NCBI GenBank assembly: GCA_045562535.1
Contig: JBJKVP010000005.1
Coordinates: 213-64,212, forward strand
Length of the DNA: 64,000 nt
Direction of reading: 5' to 3'
Source of the DNA: Dehalococcoidia bacterium
GTDB lineage: Bacteria; Chloroflexota; Dehalococcoidia; UBA6926
This document shows, in pieces, positions 1 to 7,641 of this stretch. The notes beneath the pieces were generated by a model that was given only the letters and a program-made list of their open reading frames with translations, did not search any database and was not told where the DNA came from. The translations under genes and the position numbers were made by a program. The number at the start of each line of letters is the position of its first letter. Within the stretch, counting starts at the first letter, position 1.

Positions 1-300
1 GATCAAGTAGATGAAGTGCGAGAAAAGATGGAAAACTTAAAAGGGAAAAGACACCACAAAGGTCCTTTAGCACCAGAGCAGATAGAGGAACGCATACAAG
101 AATTACTGTCTTCAGGAAAGATCACTGAGGATGAAGTAGATGAAGTGCGAGAGAAGATGGAAAACTTAAAAGGGAAAAGACACCATAAAGGTCCTTTAGC
201 ACCAGAGCAAATAGAGGAACGCATACAAGAATTACTGTCTTCAGGAAAGATCACCGAGGATCAAGTAGATGAAGTGCGAGAGAAGATGGAAAACTTTAAG
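1..300 (+). repeat. 129-bp tandem direct repeat, about 2.3 copies, in-frame (43 aa)
   Basis: GAT[C/G]AAGTAGATGAAGTGCGAGA[A/G]AAGATGGAAAACTT recurs at nt 1, 130 and 259. Copies 1 and 2 differ at only about 5 positions. Copy 3 diverges after about nt 300. Confidence 0.9.
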
Positions 301-369
301 CCGAAACTGCATAACCGCAAAGGGTTAAATAGTAATCACAGGAGCCAAGTAAGTACTCAATCGACCTAA
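1..369 (+). CDS. Repeat protein, C-terminal part (5' end lies outside the window), built of 43-aa SHOCT-like units
   Basis: Frame 1 is open from nt 1 (DQVDEVREKM...) to TAA 367-369. The tracked ORF 16..369 is only the part after an internal Met. Repeat units start at nt 1, 130 and 259. The unit motif EQIEERIQELLSSGKITEDEVDEVREKM resembles the SHOCT short C-terminal domain. Confidence 0.6.
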   Translation, partial: DQVDEVREKMENLKGKRHHKGPLAPEQIEERIQELLSSGKITEDEVDEVREKMENLKGKRHHKGPLAPEQIEERIQELLSSGKITEDQVDEVREKMENFKPKLHNRKGLNSNHRSQVSTQST

Positions 370-417
370 AATTTTGGGGATTCCACAAGTACAGCAGTTT
401 TCTGGGTCCCCAAAATT
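370..417 (+). promoter_or_regulatory. Inverted repeat / hairpin between the repeat-protein stop and the response-regulator gene
   Basis: AATTTTGGGGA (370-380) pairs perfectly with TCCCCAAAATT (407-417). That is an 11-bp stem, extendable by GU pairs, with a loop of about 20-26 nt. There is no T-run afterwards, so it is not a classical terminator. Confidence 0.3.
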
Positions 418-448
418 GGTCTCTCAGTGAAGGTTTAGGAGTGATGAT

Positions 449-1138
449 ATGGCAGGAAATATATTAATTATTGAAGATGATATGGATGCCTCAGCTTTGG
501 TTAAATTATATCTACAAAAAGATGGCTATAAAGTTACGCAGTCCGCTGATGGGTTTGAAGGGCTTCGTGTATCAAAAATGATTAATCCAGATCTAATCAT
601 CCTGGATCTGATGTTACCAGGTCTTGATGGTATAGAAATTTGCAAAAATTTGAGAGAAGACTCGGACGTACCCATCATAATGCTAACTGCTCGTGTTGAC
701 GAAAATTCTAGATTAAAAGGACTAGATGTCGGGGCAGATGATTACATCACTAAACCATTCAGCCCTAGAGAATTGGTAGCTAGAGTCAAAACTGTCTTAC
801 GAAGATCTTCACTAGATACTAATGATCGTAAACCAGCGGTACTATCATTTGGGGCAGTTACCCTCGATGTAGCAGCAAGAATAGCATTTGTGGACGGAAC
901 CAAAATATTAACGACCCCTACTGAATTAAAAATATTAGAATTCTTGATGTCCAAACCCGATGTGACCTTTACTAGAGATCAAATAATTGAACATGTGTTT
1001 GATTTTGAGTTTGATGGTTATGACCGTAACGTGGATACTCATGTAGCAAACTTGAGAAAAAAAATACAAGCGACCGGGACCAAGAATCGATATTTACATA
1101 CAATCTACGGTACAGGATATAGGTTTGGTGATGCATAG
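449..1138 (+). CDS. OmpR/PhoB-family response regulator
   Basis: 229 aa. The receiver domain shows IIEDD, DLIILDLMLPGLDG and KPF. The C-terminal winged helix shows TPTELKILEFL and YLHTIYGTGYRF. AGGAG lies 7 nt upstream of ATG 449. Confidence 0.95.
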   Translation: MAGNILIIEDDMDASALVKLYLQKDGYKVTQSADGFEGLRVSKMINPDLIILDLMLPGLDGIEICKNLREDSDVPIIMLTARVDENSRLKGLDVGADDYITKPFSPRELVARVKTVLRRSSLDTNDRKPAVLSFGAVTLDVAARIAFVDGTKILTTPTELKILEFLMSKPDVTFTRDQIIEHVFDFEFDGYDRNVDTHVANLRKKIQATGTKNRYLHTIYGTGYRFGDA

Positions 1139-2564
1139 GTTTTTTGGTAGTTTGAGGGCACGTATTTTTATAGGATCCTTGTTAGTTCTGTTTTTAGGTT
1201 TATTGATTGTTCATTTCTCTGCCACCCGAATGGTAGCGGTACAAATTTCACAATTTGAAGCTCGTGTCTCTGAAGCCCAAGTTCAAAGAATCGAAAATTA
1301 TTTTAGAGAACAGAATAATTCATCAAAGAGAACTCAGAATGAACTAGCCAACGAAGTTTCCTCGTTAGCAAATATTGTTGGGAGACGAGTAGTATTTCAA
1401 GATAAACAAGGTCGGATACTTTTTGATTCAAATACAGAGAGAAGACTACGGTCCCTAATGTTGGAGAAATCTTTGTCTAGAGAACAGATACCGGAAGCAA
1501 GAGGTCGATATTTAAAGGAACTTAATAATAAATCACCACTTAATGATAAATTTCGTAAGTGGCCCATTAACAGTATGGCTAATATATCTAATATTGCCGT
1601 TGGACCATCTGCTGATGCATTTCGACCACCACCATCAGGAAGTGGTTTACTGAGTGGAATTAACAGGTCATTGGTTGTAGCGGGGATTATTGGGTCAATT
1701 TTTGGTTTAATTATTTCTACTCTCACATCCAACTGGGTATTATCGCCTATCCGTCAATTGAGGTCATCTGTTTCAGCATTTGGAACCGGACAATTTACTG
1801 AAAGAGTTGCAATAACTGATTCAGGTGAAGTGGGTGAATTGGCTCAATCGTTTAATGTGATGGCGGAGCGGATGGATCTTGCGCATCAACAAAGGAAAAA
1901 ATTGATTGCCGATATATCGCATGAGCTCCGTACGCCAATATCTAATATTCAAGGATATATAGAAGCTATTGAGGATGAAATCTTAGAACCTAATGAAACG
2001 AATATGAAAATTATGCATGAACAAATCCTTCAACTGTCAAATGTTGTCGAGGATCTGCGCGTGTTAGCGGAAGTGGATTCAGGAGAACTTACGCTCAAAA
2101 AAGAAATGAGTTCGCTGGTGTCAATAATTGATGGCGTTGTAAACGCTTTTGGCTTAAAAGCAAGTGAAAATAATGTTTCAATTTTGGCTAATTTCCAGAA
2201 ATCGAAAGAACTTATTTTGATTGATGAAGAGAGAATACGGCAAGTTATTACTAATCTTTTGAATAACGCTTTACGATATAGCCCTGATGGATCGAGAGTG
2301 GATGTTGATTTAGAAGATAGTGATAGTATGTTTCGTATTTCAGTATCAGATCAAGGCCCTGGCATACCACCTAGCGATGTGGAGTTGATATTTAATAGAT
2401 TTTACCGGGTTGATTCTTCAAGAAATAAAGAGTCAGGTGGTCGCGGGTTAGGATTGTCCATCGCAAAAGAATTTGTGGAAGCTCATGAGGGCCATATATG
2501 GGTTGAATCTGTTTATGGTAAGGGATCTAAGTTTATTATTGAGATACCAAAATCGATTGATTAA
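1125..2564 (+). CDS. Sensor histidine kinase (TM-sensor-TM-HAMP-HisKA-HATPase)
   Basis: 479 aa. Two hydrophobic segments flank an extracytoplasmic region of about 150 aa. H-box ISHELRTP is present, as are N/G boxes LLNNALRYSP, DQGPGIP and GGRGLGLSI. Start candidates TTG 1125, GTG 1128 and ATG 1131 overlap the regulator stop, which suggests translational coupling. Confidence 0.93.
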   Translation: MVMHRFFGSLRARIFIGSLLVLFLGLLIVHFSATRMVAVQISQFEARVSEAQVQRIENYFREQNNSSKRTQNELANEVSSLANIVGRRVVFQDKQGRILFDSNTERRLRSLMLEKSLSREQIPEARGRYLKELNNKSPLNDKFRKWPINSMANISNIAVGPSADAFRPPPSGSGLLSGINRSLVVAGIIGSIFGLIISTLTSNWVLSPIRQLRSSVSAFGTGQFTERVAITDSGEVGELAQSFNVMAERMDLAHQQRKKLIADISHELRTPISNIQGYIEAIEDEILEPNETNMKIMHEQILQLSNVVEDLRVLAEVDSGELTLKKEMSSLVSIIDGVVNAFGLKASENNVSILANFQKSKELILIDEERIRQVITNLLNNALRYSPDGSRVDVDLEDSDSMFRISVSDQGPGIPPSDVELIFNRFYRVDSSRNKESGGRGLGLSIAKEFVEAHEGHIWVESVYGKGSKFIIEIPKSID

Positions 2565-2589
2565 TCGGAGCCCTATATGGAAGGGTTAT

Positions 2590-2666
2590 TGGTAGCGCGT
2601 ACGGGATTTGAACCCGTGATCTCCGCCTTGAGAGGGCGGTGTCCTAGGCCGCTAGACGAACGCGCC
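2590..2666 (-). tRNA. tRNA-Glu (anticodon CUC), CCA end encoded
   Basis: The reverse complement is GGCGCGTTCGTCTAGCGGCCTAGGACACCGCCCTCTCAAGGCGGAGATCACGGGTTCAAATCCCGTACGCGCTACCA. It folds as a 77-nt cloverleaf: acceptor 7 bp, D stem GTCT/GGAC, anticodon stem CCGCC/GGCGG with loop CTCTCAA, and T arm ACGGG-TTCAAAT-CCCGT. Confidence 0.93.
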
Positions 2667-2795
2667 TTGTTTAACAAAAGTGTTTTGTGTCGTATTGATT
2701 ATACAGGTAAACAGTGCAATATTTATTAATATTTGCTAATTACAATTTATACATAGACCAGATATGATTGTTATACCAATTGGAAGAGGTGGTGC

Positions 2796-3002
2796 ATGAA
2801 GAGAAGGGAAGAGTGGAGTGTCCACAGACAGAAATTTCAAGACGAACTAGATGAATTCAATGCACTATTAGATGCGATGGATCTTGAAGAGGATGACTAC
2901 GTAACTAGAGATTATTTTTTGGCGGACTCGAGAGTACGAGAGTCATTCAGGAAATATACTAACAACATGAAAAGGCTCTTTGGTTCCAAATCAGACGATT
3001 AG
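2796..3002 (+). CDS. Small acidic hypothetical protein (68 aa)
   Basis: The ORF has a good SD (GAGGTGGTG) just upstream of ATG 2796. I recognise no domain. Confidence 0.4.
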   Translation: MKRREEWSVHRQKFQDELDEFNALLDAMDLEEDDYVTRDYFLADSRVRESFRKYTNNMKRLFGSKSDD

Positions 3003-3019
3003 AACTACAGCCCTGGCAT

Positions 3020-3226
3020 TCACATATCTAAACGCTTTTCTCCAGATAGGTATGCAACTGGGTCTTTTTCAAATGCAATTCGGCATCCAGGTCCACAAAA
3101 ATAATAGGTTTCTTTGTCGTGGACCGCTGTTCCTCCAGGAGGTTTTCCCGTGTCAACTTCCATATGACACACAGGATCTACTGCACCCTTAGAGCGATTT
3201 AAGAATCCTAAGAACTTATTTGCCAT
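3020..3226 (-). CDS. YHS-domain (TRASH-type) metal-binding protein
   Basis: 68 aa. DPVCHMEVD...ETYYFCGPGCRIAFEKDP matches the YHS signature DPVCxM.V...YYFCS..C...F. It is the last gene of the copA operon. Confidence 0.8.
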   Translation of the reverse strand: MANKFLGFLNRSKGAVDPVCHMEVDTGKPPGGTAVHDKETYYFCGPGCRIAFEKDPVAYLSGEKRLDM

Positions 3227-3290
3227 CTTGCTGCTCCTTTTTTGAATAACTTATTTATATAGTACCAAAAAAACGAAGATTAATAATTTA

Positions 3291-5771
3291 TTACGGCCTA
3301 AAGCGAGTGAGCCGCAGGGAGTTGGTAACAACACTGACACTTGAAAGCGCCATGGCCATTGCAGCTAGCACAGGGTTCAAAAACCCTTGCTCACTTAAAA
3401 TGAAAGACAGCATGGGAGGTAAATATCCAGAACTGAACAATGGATACAGTACACCTGCGGCAATTGGTATTAATAGGATGTTATAAATAAATGCCCAAAA
3501 GAAATTTTGCCAAATAGTTGCTATGGTTTTTCGTGATAGTTTAAGTGCGCTTATAACACCATTCAAATTGTCGCTTGCTAGCGTAATTCCGGCAGATTCG
3601 ATAGCGACATCCGTCCCAGTGCCTAATGCTATTCCGACATCTGCTTGGACTAGAGCAGGGCCGTCGTTAATCCCATCGCCTACCATTAAGACAGAAACCC
3701 CTGTTGATTGTATATCTTTTATGATATCTAATTTATTTTGAGGGCTGAGATTTGCTCTTACTTCATCTATCCCTAGGATTTCTCCCACGCTCAAGGCAGC
3801 TTCTTCACTGTCTCCAGTTAGCATCATTGTAGTAATGTTTAGCTTTTGTAGATCTTCAATAGCTTGTTTAGCACTTGGTTTTATATCATCGCCGATATAT
3901 ATAATTGCTGCGGGTATTTTGTTGATGGACATATAAATTTTAGTATTCCCATATATTGGGTTACTGATATTTTTATAATTATCGAGACTGACATCATGAT
4001 TGGAAAAAAATAATTCATTACCTAGCATTATTGCATTTCCATCTATATTGGCTGTAACCCCTTGGCCAGGCGTTGATAAAAAGTTTGTAGCTTCGTCTGG
4101 GGATATCTGACTTTGTTGCGCATAATTCAGTATCGCTTTTCCAAGTGGATGCTCCGAGTATTTTTCTACTGTGGCAGCTTTTTTAATGATTTCTGTCTGA
4201 CTCCATTTACCTAAGAGTTTTATATCGTTAACTGCTGGGTTGCCCTTTGTTAGAGTTCCTGTTTTATCAAAGATGGCAATACTGGCTTTGCGAGCATTTT
4301 CTAATGCCTCAAATCCTCTAACTAATATTCCGTGTTTTGCACCCGTTCCTGTACTTGCCATTGTTGCAGTGGGAGCAGCCAAACCCAATGCACAAGGGCA
4401 TGCAATTACTAATACAGTGATCATATTCAATATACTGTTGGTTAAAGCTGGTTGAGGTCCGAAAATCATCCAGAACAAAAAAGTTATTATTGATACTAAG
4501 ATGACAGCGGGTACGAAATACGAGGCGATTTTATCTGCTACAAGCTGGATTGGTGGTTTTGAGCTTTGTGCATCTTCGACGATCTTGACTATGTTAGATA
4601 GAACCGTGCTCGAACCAATTTCTGTTGCTTCAAATTCAAAACTCCCCGACAAATTAATTGTTCCACCAATAACTTTTGAGTTTTCTGATTTCGTTACAGG
4701 TATACCTTCGCCTGTTAGCATAGATTCATCTACAGTCGAACTTCCTGTTAGAATTTTTCCGTCAGTCGGTATTGTTTCCCCCGGTTTTACCAGTATTAGA
4801 TTGCCCGGTTGAATACTCTCAATAGGAACTTTTATGTGTTTTCTATCGCGAATTAATGTCGCGGTTTTAGGCTGGAGCTTTAGAAGCGAATTTATCGCAC
4901 TCGCAGCATTGCTTCTAGCTTTTGCTTCAAGGAACCTTCCTAACAATATTAAGCTTATAATTATTAGAGATGTGTCATAGTAAACCGATACCTCGTCTCC
5001 TCTTGCTTCTAGAATGCCAGGAAAAAAAGTGATTGCTGAGCTATACCCATACGCAGCTAAAGTGCCTATTGAAACTAAAGTATTCATATTAGTAGTCTTG
5101 TGTGTTGCAGCTGATAAAGCCCCTCTATAAAAAGACATTCCCGCCCAAAACTGTATAGGGGTAGCGATAACAAATTGTGTCAGTAAGTGCATGTTTTCAG
5201 GTATATTTAATTGTGATAAATTTATCATCCCCATACTAATAGCGAATACCAATGCTGCTCCCAGCAACGCAATAAATGATCTTTGTCTTAGTTCTTTTGA
5301 TTCTGATTCTTTTGCTAAAGCATGTGGGTCGAACCCTTTTTCGAATTCGATCACGTCTAAGCCGCGGCCATTTGCAATCCTTCTGATGTCTTCATTTTGT
5401 ACAGCGCCTAAATAATTTTCTATTGTAAGTAAATTCCCCTCAATAGAAGCCCATCGTATACCATCAATCATTAGATATTGTTCGATAAATTTATCTGAAT
5501 CATTGACTTGTACGGTATCGCTCAGTACTACTTTTTGTGTCTCGATTCTTGCTCCGTAACCTGCGTCTTTTAATGCATTAGCCATGATCTCTGTATTTAC
5601 CTGTTCTGATAGAGATACAACTGCTTTTTCAGTTGCGAGATTGACGTTCACGCTATCTATTCCTGGAACTTCCAATAGCGCGTTCTCAACATGAATTAAA
5701 CAAGCAGCGCATGTCATTCCTTCAACACTTAAGGAGAGGTTAATCAAATTAGTGGTCATGGCTGTTCTCAT
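3291..5771 (-). CDS. copA: Copper-exporting P1B-1-type ATPase
   Basis: 826 aa. Motifs seen: N-terminal HMA GMTCAAC, TGE, CPC (ACPCALGLA), DKTGTLT, GDGINDGPAL, plus the Cu(I) TM signatures YN (FIYNILLIP) and M..SS (MALSSVSV). An alternative ATG lies at 5759. Confidence 0.95.
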   Translation of the reverse strand: MRTAMTTNLINLSLSVEGMTCAACLIHVENALLEVPGIDSVNVNLATEKAVVSLSEQVNTEIMANALKDAGYGARIETQKVVLSDTVQVNDSDKFIEQYLMIDGIRWASIEGNLLTIENYLGAVQNEDIRRIANGRGLDVIEFEKGFDPHALAKESESKELRQRSFIALLGAALVFAISMGMINLSQLNIPENMHLLTQFVIATPIQFWAGMSFYRGALSAATHKTTNMNTLVSIGTLAAYGYSSAITFFPGILEARGDEVSVYYDTSLIIISLILLGRFLEAKARSNAASAINSLLKLQPKTATLIRDRKHIKVPIESIQPGNLILVKPGETIPTDGKILTGSSTVDESMLTGEGIPVTKSENSKVIGGTINLSGSFEFEATEIGSSTVLSNIVKIVEDAQSSKPPIQLVADKIASYFVPAVILVSIITFLFWMIFGPQPALTNSILNMITVLVIACPCALGLAAPTATMASTGTGAKHGILVRGFEALENARKASIAIFDKTGTLTKGNPAVNDIKLLGKWSQTEIIKKAATVEKYSEHPLGKAILNYAQQSQISPDEATNFLSTPGQGVTANIDGNAIMLGNELFFSNHDVSLDNYKNISNPIYGNTKIYMSINKIPAAIIYIGDDIKPSAKQAIEDLQKLNITTMMLTGDSEEAALSVGEILGIDEVRANLSPQNKLDIIKDIQSTGVSVLMVGDGINDGPALVQADVGIALGTGTDVAIESAGITLASDNLNGVISALKLSRKTIATIWQNFFWAFIYNILLIPIAAGVLYPLFSSGYLPPMLSFILSEQGFLNPVLAAMAMALSSVSVVTNSLRLTRFRP

Positions 5772-6066
5772 CTACATGTGGATCTATGTTTAAGATGTTA
5801 TTTTTCTTGGACATATTATATAAATCCATCAATTCTTCTATTATATGTGAGTAATTCCCCTCTGATATACCATCGACTACGTGTGTTTTAAAATGCCCTC
5901 TTAATATTTCGGATTCCATGGCTTCTATGGCACGGCGGATGGCATGAGTTTGATGTAATATATCTACGCAATAACGATCATTTTCGACCATTTTCTTCAC
6001 ACCAGATATATGGCCTTCAATATATTTTAGTCGTTTAAGGGTTCCTTTTGTTAGATCGGGTTCCAT
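5749..6066 (-). CDS. csoR: CsoR/RcnR-family metal-sensing transcriptional repressor
   Basis: 105 aa. LKRLKYIEGHISGVKKMVENDRYCVDILHQTHAIRRA is the family core. Candidate ligands are Cys33, His58 and His62. AAGGAA lies 8 nt upstream of ATG 6066. The gene overlaps the copA start by 23 nt. Confidence 0.88.
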   Translation of the reverse strand: MEPDLTKGTLKRLKYIEGHISGVKKMVENDRYCVDILHQTHAIRRAIEAMESEILRGHFKTHVVDGISEGNYSHIIEELMDLYNMSKKNNILNIDPHVDENSHDH

Positions 6067-6101
6067 AATTTGAATTCCTTAACTGTTTTGCTGTTCGAGA
6101 T

Positions 6102-6662
6102 CTATTTCCTGGGTTTTTCAGGTTGGGCGTAGGACACAGGGATTTTTTCTCCAGACGGAGTAACTACCTCAGTATATTCAAAAGTATAAGGTTCTACATC
6201 TTGATCCATAGCGGTTTTAGCTCGGTCCTCCAAGTATTCAACTATTTCGGTTTTAGAATTTTTGCCTGCGAAATGTACTCTTCCACAGCAGCAGTGCTCC
6301 CAACCAGAAGTTTCGCTATTTAATTCGTACCGTGCTCCAGGTTCACAACCGCATGGGCACATATATTCTACATAGACTATATTGGAATCATTTTCCGATA
6401 TATCGACAAGAAATTCTAATTTGGAGAGGTTATCTTGGGGTGATCTAGAGCCAGAGTGGAGGCTGGTTTCTGAAGCGGAGAGATATGATTCTGGATTGTC
6501 TTGGAATAAAGAATTACAGCGAGTGCTACAAAAATAATAAGTCTGCGTATCATGTATGAACGATCCCCCCTTAGGGTTCGTTTTTAGAACTTTCATATTG
6601 CATACGGGGTCTATTGCGTTCTCTGACGGTCGAAACAAATTTAAAATATTTAACAACTTCAT
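6102..6662 (-). CDS. YHS domain fused to a C-terminal Cys-cluster domain (CPCGC...CCCG)
   Basis: 186 aa. The N-terminus IDPVCNMKV...QTYYFCSTRCNSLFQDNP is a YHS domain. A Ser-rich linker follows. The C-terminal domain carries Cys102/104/106 (MCPCGC) and Cys124/125/126 (HCCCG). It is the first gene of the cop operon. Confidence 0.75.
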   Translation of the reverse strand: MKLLNILNLFRPSENAIDPVCNMKVLKTNPKGGSFIHDTQTYYFCSTRCNSLFQDNPESYLSASETSLHSGSRSPQDNLSKLEFLVDISENDSNIVYVEYMCPCGCEPGARYELNSETSGWEHCCCGRVHFAGKNSKTEIVEYLEDRAKTAMDQDVEPYTFEYTEVVTPSGEKIPVSYAQPEKPRK

Positions 6663-6705
6663 GTTACTTCCTTATCTCATTTGAATTGTTTAATACTCCA
6701 TAATG

Positions 6706-6728
6706 ATATACCCCCTAGGGGGGGGGTT
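6706..6728 (-). promoter_or_regulatory. Putative CsoR operator (C/G-tract palindrome) in the cop operon promoter
   Basis: ATATACCCCCTAGGGGGGGGGTT. The core CCCCCTAGGGGG (6711-6722) is a perfect palindrome lying 44-66 nt upstream of ATG 6662. It resembles known CsoR operators of the TACCCC..GGGGTA type. Confidence 0.5.
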
Positions 6729-6759
6729 CAAGCTAAAACTGGCTGTAGGTTTGGGCTCC

Positions 6760-7515
6760 TTACTGAGCTAACATACCTCCGTCTATAATTAGCTCGGTTC
6801 CTGTTATGAAAGAAGCTTCCTCCGAAGCAAGGAAAAGGACAGCATGAGCGACCTCTTCAGGCTTCCCGAGCCTACCTAAAGGTATTTTTTGTTGGTAAAG
6901 TTCGAGCATTTCTGCATTACTCGTTATTTCACTAAGCATATCTGTGGCTATTGGGCCTGGGTGTACTGAATTACATCGTATATTATCTTTAGCATATTGA
7001 AGAGCAGTCGTTTTTGTTAACAAATGCATTGCAGCTTTGGAAGAGGCGTAAGCGGCACCCAAAGTTGGGCTTGATACCAACCCTCCTGTTGATGATATAT
7101 TAATTATTGACCCTCCTCCAATTTCTTGCATTAAAGGTACGGCTAATTTTGTTCCAAGAAAAGAACCGGTCGCATTAATTTTTAGCACATTTTCCCATTC
7201 CTCTAATGATGTTTCTGTTATAGAGTTTCTAGAAACAATTCCCGCATTGTTAACGAGAACGTCGACTTTGGAAAACTTAGATAATGCTTGGGAATATGCT
7301 TTTTCCCATTCGGATTCATCTGTGACATCTAGATGAAGGTATAAGCAATCGATACCCGATGAGGCCAGATGTTTTTGTAAAAGAGTGCCGGGTTCGTCTA
7401 GTATATCTGTAATAATAATTTTAGCATTTTCCGCACCGAACATCGCTGCTTCTACAGCACCTTGTCCCTTCGCTGCACCAGAAATAAATACCACTTTCTC
7501 TGAGAATCTTTCCAT
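6760..7515 (-). CDS. Short-chain dehydrogenase/reductase (SDR)
   Basis: 251 aa. Motifs seen: ISGAAKGQG cofactor motif, NNAG, and catalytic YASSKAA (YxxxK). Confidence 0.9.
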   Translation of the reverse strand: MERFSEKVVFISGAAKGQGAVEAAMFGAENAKIIITDILDEPGTLLQKHLASSGIDCLYLHLDVTDESEWEKAYSQALSKFSKVDVLVNNAGIVSRNSITETSLEEWENVLKINATGSFLGTKLAVPLMQEIGGGSIINISSTGGLVSSPTLGAAYASSKAAMHLLTKTTALQYAKDNIRCNSVHPGPIATDMLSEITSNAEMLELYQQKIPLGRLGKPEEVAHAVLFLASEEASFITGTELIIDGGMLAQ

Positions 7516-7641
7516 AATTCACCTTCCAATAATTAGTTTGTTGATTGTATAATTTTAACAACTAATAAAGGTCTTTCGGGACTCTTTTATTTAATCGATC
7601 GTTTTTTTACTAAGAATGTTGATTTTGGGAGGTCAGGAACA

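Noticed and set aside
3-254. 83-aa ORF on the minus strand across the tandem repeat
   Set aside because: It is an antisense shadow of the repeat-protein frame. Its own repetitiveness only mirrors the plus-strand repeat. It has no start context.
2980-3192. 70-aa plus-strand ORF overlapping the small YHS gene
   Set aside because: The minus-strand frame carries a clear YHS signature. The plus-strand product has no recognisable features.
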